Of a stretch of DNA of 64,000 bases, positions 58,608 through 64,000 are shown piece after piece (position 1 is the first letter of the stretch; each line of letters begins with the position of its first letter). Position numbers and translations under genes: made by a program. The DNA lies in contig JBHJHA010000046.1 of the NCBI GenBank assembly GCA_050331235.1, forward strand, positions 1-64,000. Direction: 5' to 3'. Source of the DNA: Leptolyngbyaceae cyanobacterium. GTDB lineage: Bacteria > Cyanobacteriota > Cyanobacteriia > Phormidesmidales > Phormidesmidaceae. The notes under the pieces are model-generated. The model ran no database searches and had not been told where the DNA came from. It saw only the letters and a list, made by a program, of their open reading frames with translations.

Positions 58608-59612
58608 TCACTGCCCCGAGCAGCCAGCTAGACATTGCCCTGCGTTGTCAAAGCGCATCGTTTGACCACTTAGGGGCACATAGACGGGGGTATTGGTAGC
58701 CGCTATAAAGCGGGCAGTTTTAGTCTCTGGCAGCACTTCCCCCCCAGCAGTTGCGGCCTCGTTAGCGTGGGAGGCGATCGCCGATGCAGGCTGAATCAGG
58801 TCATCAACCACGTAAGCCGCTTCACGGGGGCCCGTCGTAAACGTATCGCCGATGTTGATCACGACTAAGTCGGCACTGTACTGCTCTCGGACTACGGTCT
58901 CTTGCTCCGCAGTAATGCCCGTATCGCCCGATAGATACAAGACTAATCCGTTAGTAAAGGTAACGACATAGCCAGTCGGCGGGCCCACATAGGCGGTTAA
59001 GCCAGCTGCGCTCAATTGTTCACCGAGTTCCCCTTCGATAAAAGCGCCGCTGAGGCCATTGGAGTGCACCGCTGGTACGGTGGTGATGCTTACACCATCA
59101 ATCTCGCGGGAGGCCCCAAAGCGCACCAACTGGACTGAAGCGGGATCGCCGCCGAGACTGTTCACCTTATTAGCCAAGAAGCCTGCCATTTCGCTACCGA
59201 CGATCATGCGAGCTCCTTTGCCCAGGGCAATGTCTACGCTATTGGAATTGGGCGTCGTGCTGACATCGGTTTTGGGGTTACCACAGGTGCCTTGATTCAC
59301 CTCAGCAATGCGGCGATCACCCAGGTGATCACCATGGACATGGCTGATCAAAACTACATCAACATCGCCCAAGCGCGGGTCCTCGGGACCCGCAACCGTC
59401 CGACCGGCATCGTAGAGAATGCGGAGGCCATTGGGGTCTTCTAAAATTAGGGCGCGATCGCGACCACAAAACTCACCGTCATGACTTCCCAGCGGGGTGA
59501 TATTGACGGTCTCTACCGCCGCCGCTGTTCCCCAACTATCAGCAGCACTAGATCCCAAAATTAGCCCTAAACAGAGAATGCATACCCAGCCCAAACGACG
59601 AAATGTCTGCAT
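58608..59612 (-). CDS. Secreted MBL-fold metallohydrolase
   Basis: Signal-peptide-like N-terminus; SHVHGDH, AVHSN, SGDT. Confidence 0.85.
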   Translation of the reverse strand: MQTFRRLGWVCILCLGLILGSSAADSWGTAAAVETVNITPLGSHDGEFCGRDRALILEDPNGLRILYDAGRTVAGPEDPRLGDVDVVLISHVHGDHLGDRRIAEVNQGTCGNPKTDVSTTPNSNSVDIALGKGARMIVGSEMAGFLANKVNSLGGDPASVQLVRFGASREIDGVSITTVPAVHSNGLSGAFIEGELGEQLSAAGLTAYVGPPTGYVVTFTNGLVLYLSGDTGITAEQETVVREQYSADLVVINIGDTFTTGPREAAYVVDDLIQPASAIASHANEAATAGGEVLPETKTARFIAATNTPVYVPLSGQTMRFDNAGQCLAGCSGQ

Positions 59613-59806
59613 TGGAGAAACGCCCATTAGTAACCCGCCATCACCATACCGTATTCCCCTGGATCGTTGATATTGCCCAGGTTAGAGAAGCCTCGCCACA
59701 GGGTGACAGGGAGATTAGCGACTCCAGAGAAAGAAAGGTTGGCCGATTGCTAGAATTCGGAATAAAGTTGATGCGATCCGACTGCGATCATGGGCAGATT
59801 GACGCA

Positions 59807-59869
59807 AGGTCCTTAAATTCACCACTTAGCGCCTTAAACCTAGTACCCAGCGCCTTGAACCTTGTCCCC
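59807..59869. repeat. Three degenerate 21-bp tandem repeats
   Basis: AGGTCCTTAAATTCACCACTT / AGCGCCTTAAACCTAGTACCC / AGCGCCTTGAACCTTGTCCCC. Confidence 0.5.
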
Positions 59870-59896
59870 CCAAAATTGAGGATGAACTGGGGGACT

Positions 59897-60448
59897 TCAC
59901 AGTAGCGATTTATACAGCATAATCGCGTCGACGTAGCGACCATCAGGCATCTGCACGCCGTCGGGAATGCGACCAATCTCTTGAAAGCCGAGGGACTCCC
60001 ACAGCTTAAGTGAGGGTACGTTAGTTGCAAACACCAGGTTATACATCACCGCTCGGTAGCCGCGATCGCGGGCCAGCATTAACATGGATTCTCCCATCCA
60101 GCGTCCCAGCCCCTGTCCTTGCCACTCGGGCGCGACGATAAACCCCGCATTGCAAATGTGACTACAGCGACCGGGGAAGTTCGGTTTAAGATAGAAAGCA
60201 GCGACAACATCGCCACCTGCTAGACTATCTGACGATGTTTCAGATGCCAACCGCACTACAAATGCATCTCCCTTCAACCAATAGTTTGCAAAGTCAGCGC
60301 CGGTCAGCGGGGCAGATTGAGGATAGGTCGTTCCTGCTTGAATAAAGTCATTGAGCATTACCCTCACCGCTTCGACTTCATTAGGCCGCATAAGGTCTAG
60401 ACAAATTGAGACAGAAGATTTCGTTTGGCGGTAAATTGGGAGATCCAC
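59897..60448 (-). CDS. GNAT N-acetyltransferase
   Basis: FYLKPNFPGRCSHICNAGF, QGQGLGR, NLVFATN..S.KLW.SLGF. Confidence 0.9.
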   Translation of the reverse strand: MDLPIYRQTKSSVSICLDLMRPNEVEAVRVMLNDFIQAGTTYPQSAPLTGADFANYWLKGDAFVVRLASETSSDSLAGGDVVAAFYLKPNFPGRCSHICNAGFIVAPEWQGQGLGRWMGESMLMLARDRGYRAVMYNLVFATNVPSLKLWESLGFQEIGRIPDGVQMPDGRYVDAIMLYKSLL

Positions 60449-60497
60449 TGGCGATCGCGCCGGTCAGGCCACGTTTGTTGATTGATTTGAGTCTTGT

Positions 60498-63400
60498 ATG
60501 GCAATCGTACACGGAAGCTGGTTGAGCGAAAATCAGCAGTTTTTTCTTTGGGGCGAAATGTGGCAGCGCTTAGAGGCTGATGCCCTCTCCTCAGATCCAG
60601 AGCTGCAAGATCACCCCTACGGCATGGCCTTGCCAGAACTGCTCGAGCGACTCAAAGCGATTGGGGGCGTTCCTAAGCCCTTTTGGGTAGCCATGGGAGA
60701 CGGAGGGGGGCGGCGTAAAAAGCTGCCCCGAGCGCTAGACCAAGTTTTGTCTTTACCCACGGTATTCACAACCGAGGGCTGCCTGCCGAAACATTCGGCC
60801 GAAACGCTGTCCGCCGAAGCTGAGCTAACGCTTCACCCCTGGAAAATCCAGGGCATATGGCTGACCCCCAGCGAGGCGGCCTCTTTTCTGGAGAGCTTAC
60901 CCCTGGGCCAACCGGTTATTGCCGGTGTCGAGATTGGCGAAGACTTGCGCTTTTGGTGCCATACTGCCCGTTGGAGTTTGGACCTTCAGGCCCGGGGGAA
61001 GTATTTGCCCGCCATTACCATCACGCCCAAGAAGACGACTCAGGCCCAGTGGCAGCTCCTGCTTGACAGCGAAACGGATGCGCGGCGGCTGCAACTGTTC
61101 AGCCAGCGGCTACCGCTAAGCTGTCGGACCTACCAATCGGTTGCCAAACCTCGCAAAGGTCAAATAGTAGGACTCAGTACGCCGTTGCCGATCGCTACCG
61201 ACCCGCTGTTGTGTGACTTTATGCAGCAGCTTGTGGATGCCCAGGTCCGGGCCCAAGCCCAGCCGGTGGGAAGCACGGATGTGCTCAGTCCCGATTTTCC
61301 TCTGCGAGAATGGCTCGAGGCCCTGAGTAACGAGCAAGACCCGAGTTTAGAAAGTAGTGCGATCGCCGCCGCCCGCCTCCGAGATGCGCTCAACACTTGG
61401 AAAATGCCGTTACAGAGCAGCATTGACCAAAATCGCTTTCGCGTTTGTTTTAGTTTAGAGCCACCTGAAACTGATAACGATACCTGGCATCTCGGCTATT
61501 ATTTACAGTCCCGCGATGACGACGACTGTCGTATTGCCGCCGAAACCATTTGGCAATATCCCGTTGACCAAGCCGTCATTGCGAAACAGACGATTCCCCA
61601 CCCCCAGGAGACGCTGCTCGCTGGTCTCGGCCGCGCGGCTCGGTTTAGCGATCCCATTCGTGAGAGTCTGCAAGCACCACGGCCTACCCGCATCCCCCTG
61701 GACCCAGCCCAGACCTTTGTCTTTCTTAAAGTGACGTTACCGCGTCTGCGGGACACTGGTTTTGGCGTTGTTCTGCCACCCGGCTTAGAATCACCCTCGG
61801 AAGACAATCGACTGGGTATTCAGGTATCGGCAGCGGCCCCTGGCCGCAAAGAACGGCAGCAGTTAGGCCTCAAAAGCCTGCTTAATGTGGAATGGGAACT
61901 GTCCCTCGCCGGGCAAAAACTATCGCAAAAAGATTTTGAAAAGTTAGTTGCCCAAGAAACGCCCCTGCTGGAAGTCGATGGACAGTGGGTTGAGCTGCGC
62001 CCCCAAGACATTCGGACTGCCCGAGATTTTTTCAAACGGCGCCATACTCCCATTGAGCTGAGTGTAGAGGATGCCCTGCGCCTGAGTACGGGCGATACCC
62101 AGGTAATTGATAAACTACCCGTCGTTAAGTTTGAAGCATCGGGAGTTTTGCAAGACCTGATTTCCACGCTCACTGAGGGCAATCAATCCATTGAACCCAT
62201 CAGTGAACCGGCTGGATTTACCGGCAAACTGCGCCCCTACCAAGCCCGAGGCGTCTCCTGGCTGACTTTTTTAGAGCAGTGGGGACTGGGAGCCTGCTTG
62301 GCCGACGACATGGGCCTCGGCAAAACGGTGCAGTTCATTGCCTTTTTGCTGACGATGAAGCAGCGAGAGCTTCTCGATGGGCCCGTGTTGCTGGTTTGCC
62401 CCACGTCTGTATTGGGTAACTGGCAGCGCGAGATTCACAAGTTTGGCCCCGAGCTCAAGGTGCTGCTGCACCACGGCGACAAACGATCGCATGCGGCCGT
62501 GTTTGCCCGCAAAGCTCGGGGAGCTAACGTGGTGCTCACGAGTTATACCCTGGCCCAGCGCGATCTTAAAGATTTTGAGCGGGTGGAGTGGCTAGGCATC
62601 GTCCTTGACGAAGCGCAAAACATCAAAAACCCCGATGCTAAGCAATCTAAAGCCGTGCGGCAAATTGACGCGCAGTTTCACATCGCGCTGACCGGCACCC
62701 CAGTGGAAAATCGCCTAGCGGAACTCTGGTCGATTATGGATTTTCTCAATCCGGGTTATCTCGGCCCGAAGAACTTTTTTCAAAAGCGCTTTGCGACGCC
62801 CATCGAGCGATACGGCGATACGGCGTCACTCAAAACCCTGCGATCGCTCGTGCAACCGTTTATCCTGCGCCGCCTCAAAACGGACCGTTCCATCATTCAA
62901 GACCTGCCCGAAAAGCAGGAAATGACGGTTTTTTGCGGTCTTTCAAATGAACAGGCCCAGCTCTATCAAGCGGCGGTTGAAAAAGCCATGCGTGATATCG
63001 AAGCCGCTGAAGGTGTCCAGCGGCGAGGACAGATTTTGGGGCTCTTAACCAAGCTCAAGCAGATTTGTAATCATCCGGCCCAGTTTCTCAAAGAAGAAAT
63101 TGCCACCCTGGCGGCGGGGCGGTCAGGTAAGCTGATTCGCTTTGACGAAATGGTTGAAGAATTACTGGATGAGGGCGATCGCGCCCTCATCTTCACCCAG
63201 TTCGCTGAGTGGGGCAAACATCTGCAATCCCATCTAGAAAGAGTATTCGATCAAGAAACTCTCTTTTTGTACGGCAGCACAACTCAAAGCCAGCGCGAAG
63301 CTATGGTCGACCGCTTTCAGCAGGACCCCGACGGGCCGCGGCTCTTTATCCTATCCCTCAAGGCCGGTGGCGTTGGCCTCAACCTCACCCGAGCCAATCA

Positions 63401-63674
63401 CGTCTTTCACTTTGACCGCTGGTGGAATCCCGCCGTTGAAAATCAAGCGACGGACCGGGCCTTCCGCATCGGGCAAACGAAAAATGTGCAGGTGCACAAA
63501 TTCGTCACCACCGGAACCCTCGAAGAAAAAATCCACGAGATGATCGAATCAAAAAAAGCCATGGCAGAGCAAGTTGTGGGCGCTGGCGAACAGTGGTTGA
63601 CTGAGCTGGATACCGATGCTCTACGCAATCTCTTATTGCTTGATCGCTCTACGGTAATCGATGACGCCGATTGA
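60498..63674 (+). CDS. SNF2-family helicase-like ATPase
   Basis: LRPYQ, LADDMGLGKT, DEAQNIKN, LTGTPVEN, SLKAGGVGLNL, QATDRAFRIGQ. Confidence 0.95.
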   Translation: MAIVHGSWLSENQQFFLWGEMWQRLEADALSSDPELQDHPYGMALPELLERLKAIGGVPKPFWVAMGDGGGRRKKLPRALDQVLSLPTVFTTEGCLPKHSAETLSAEAELTLHPWKIQGIWLTPSEAASFLESLPLGQPVIAGVEIGEDLRFWCHTARWSLDLQARGKYLPAITITPKKTTQAQWQLLLDSETDARRLQLFSQRLPLSCRTYQSVAKPRKGQIVGLSTPLPIATDPLLCDFMQQLVDAQVRAQAQPVGSTDVLSPDFPLREWLEALSNEQDPSLESSAIAAARLRDALNTWKMPLQSSIDQNRFRVCFSLEPPETDNDTWHLGYYLQSRDDDDCRIAAETIWQYPVDQAVIAKQTIPHPQETLLAGLGRAARFSDPIRESLQAPRPTRIPLDPAQTFVFLKVTLPRLRDTGFGVVLPPGLESPSEDNRLGIQVSAAAPGRKERQQLGLKSLLNVEWELSLAGQKLSQKDFEKLVAQETPLLEVDGQWVELRPQDIRTARDFFKRRHTPIELSVEDALRLSTGDTQVIDKLPVVKFEASGVLQDLISTLTEGNQSIEPISEPAGFTGKLRPYQARGVSWLTFLEQWGLGACLADDMGLGKTVQFIAFLLTMKQRELLDGPVLLVCPTSVLGNWQREIHKFGPELKVLLHHGDKRSHAAVFARKARGANVVLTSYTLAQRDLKDFERVEWLGIVLDEAQNIKNPDAKQSKAVRQIDAQFHIALTGTPVENRLAELWSIMDFLNPGYLGPKNFFQKRFATPIERYGDTASLKTLRSLVQPFILRRLKTDRSIIQDLPEKQEMTVFCGLSNEQAQLYQAAVEKAMRDIEAAEGVQRRGQILGLLTKLKQICNHPAQFLKEEIATLAAGRSGKLIRFDEMVEELLDEGDRALIFTQFAEWGKHLQSHLERVFDQETLFLYGSTTQSQREAMVDRFQQDPDGPRLFILSLKAGGVGLNLTRANHVFHFDRWWNPAVENQATDRAFRIGQTKNVQVHKFVTTGTLEEKIHEMIESKKAMAEQVVGAGEQWLTELDTDALRNLLLLDRSTVIDDAD

Positions 63675-63745
63675 GCCCACCAGTCCCCTCCCTCCACTCA
63701 GTAATGCACTGGAAATACTAGGCGCATCGTGAGTAGAGAGATCTA

Positions 63746-64000
63746 TCAGGTATCTCCAAACAAAGACCCCTGCAGCTCTGGAAAATACTTGCTAGCCACC
63801 TCCTCATTGCAGGCGGCAAATTCATCCATGATCGCCTTAGCTACTTCCGGTGTTACAATCTCATCGTCAAGCAAAAAGCTGGGGATTTTCGAAAAGAGTT
63901 TGCTAGTCTTTTGACCTTGAAAAGGCTTGAGTAAAAACTTTCTGTACGGAGCGTAGGGGATTCCTAGAACATTGAGGCACAGAGCGTTCATCCAGCGTAA
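63746..64000 (-). CDS. C-terminal part of a hypothetical protein (runs off window end)
   Basis: Frame open to the window edge, ending ...FAACNEEVASKYFPELQGSLFGDT*; similar tails occur in sulfotransferase-like P-loop proteins (weak). Confidence 0.5.
   Translation of the reverse strand, partial: LRWMNALCLNVLGIPYAPYRKFLLKPFQGQKTSKLFSKIPSFLLDDEIVTPEVAKAIMDEFAACNEEVASKYFPELQGSLFGDT

Overview
Chromosomal segment of a cyanobacterium (dense HIP1 GCGATCGC octamers, cyanobacterial gene families such as DUF1350, DUF4278, AAA_35 and Uma2; probably a filamentous Leptolyngbya-like lineage, which is an inference). It carries about 50 CDS: housekeeping genes (tex, manC, LCP, glyS, murD, U32 peptidase, SNF2 helicase), a ~10 kb general-stress-like cluster (13.9-24.2 kb) bracketed by two soluble histidine kinases, a RexT-like ArsR/thioredoxin/OYE redox locus with a perfect operator, a glycosylation cluster and several signalling genes. 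Features absent from the ORF track include a 6S RNA, a DUF4278 gene, a 36-aa membrane-peptide ORF, an IS982 end, a complete frameshifted IS630, and two inverted copies of a ~110-bp MITE whose end matches that IS630. The best novelty candidates are: an AT-rich, translationally coupled HTTM/gamma-carboxylase-like gene pair with no visible substrate; a shared palindromic promoter box 22-23 nt upstream of -10 elements across the stress cluster; a glutathione-reductase paralog with altered cofactor and substrate residues; a wHTH-AAA protein facing a 28-bp palindrome; and an orphan HEPN-motif gene in a decaying islet. All family calls come from motif recognition by eye; no database search was run.
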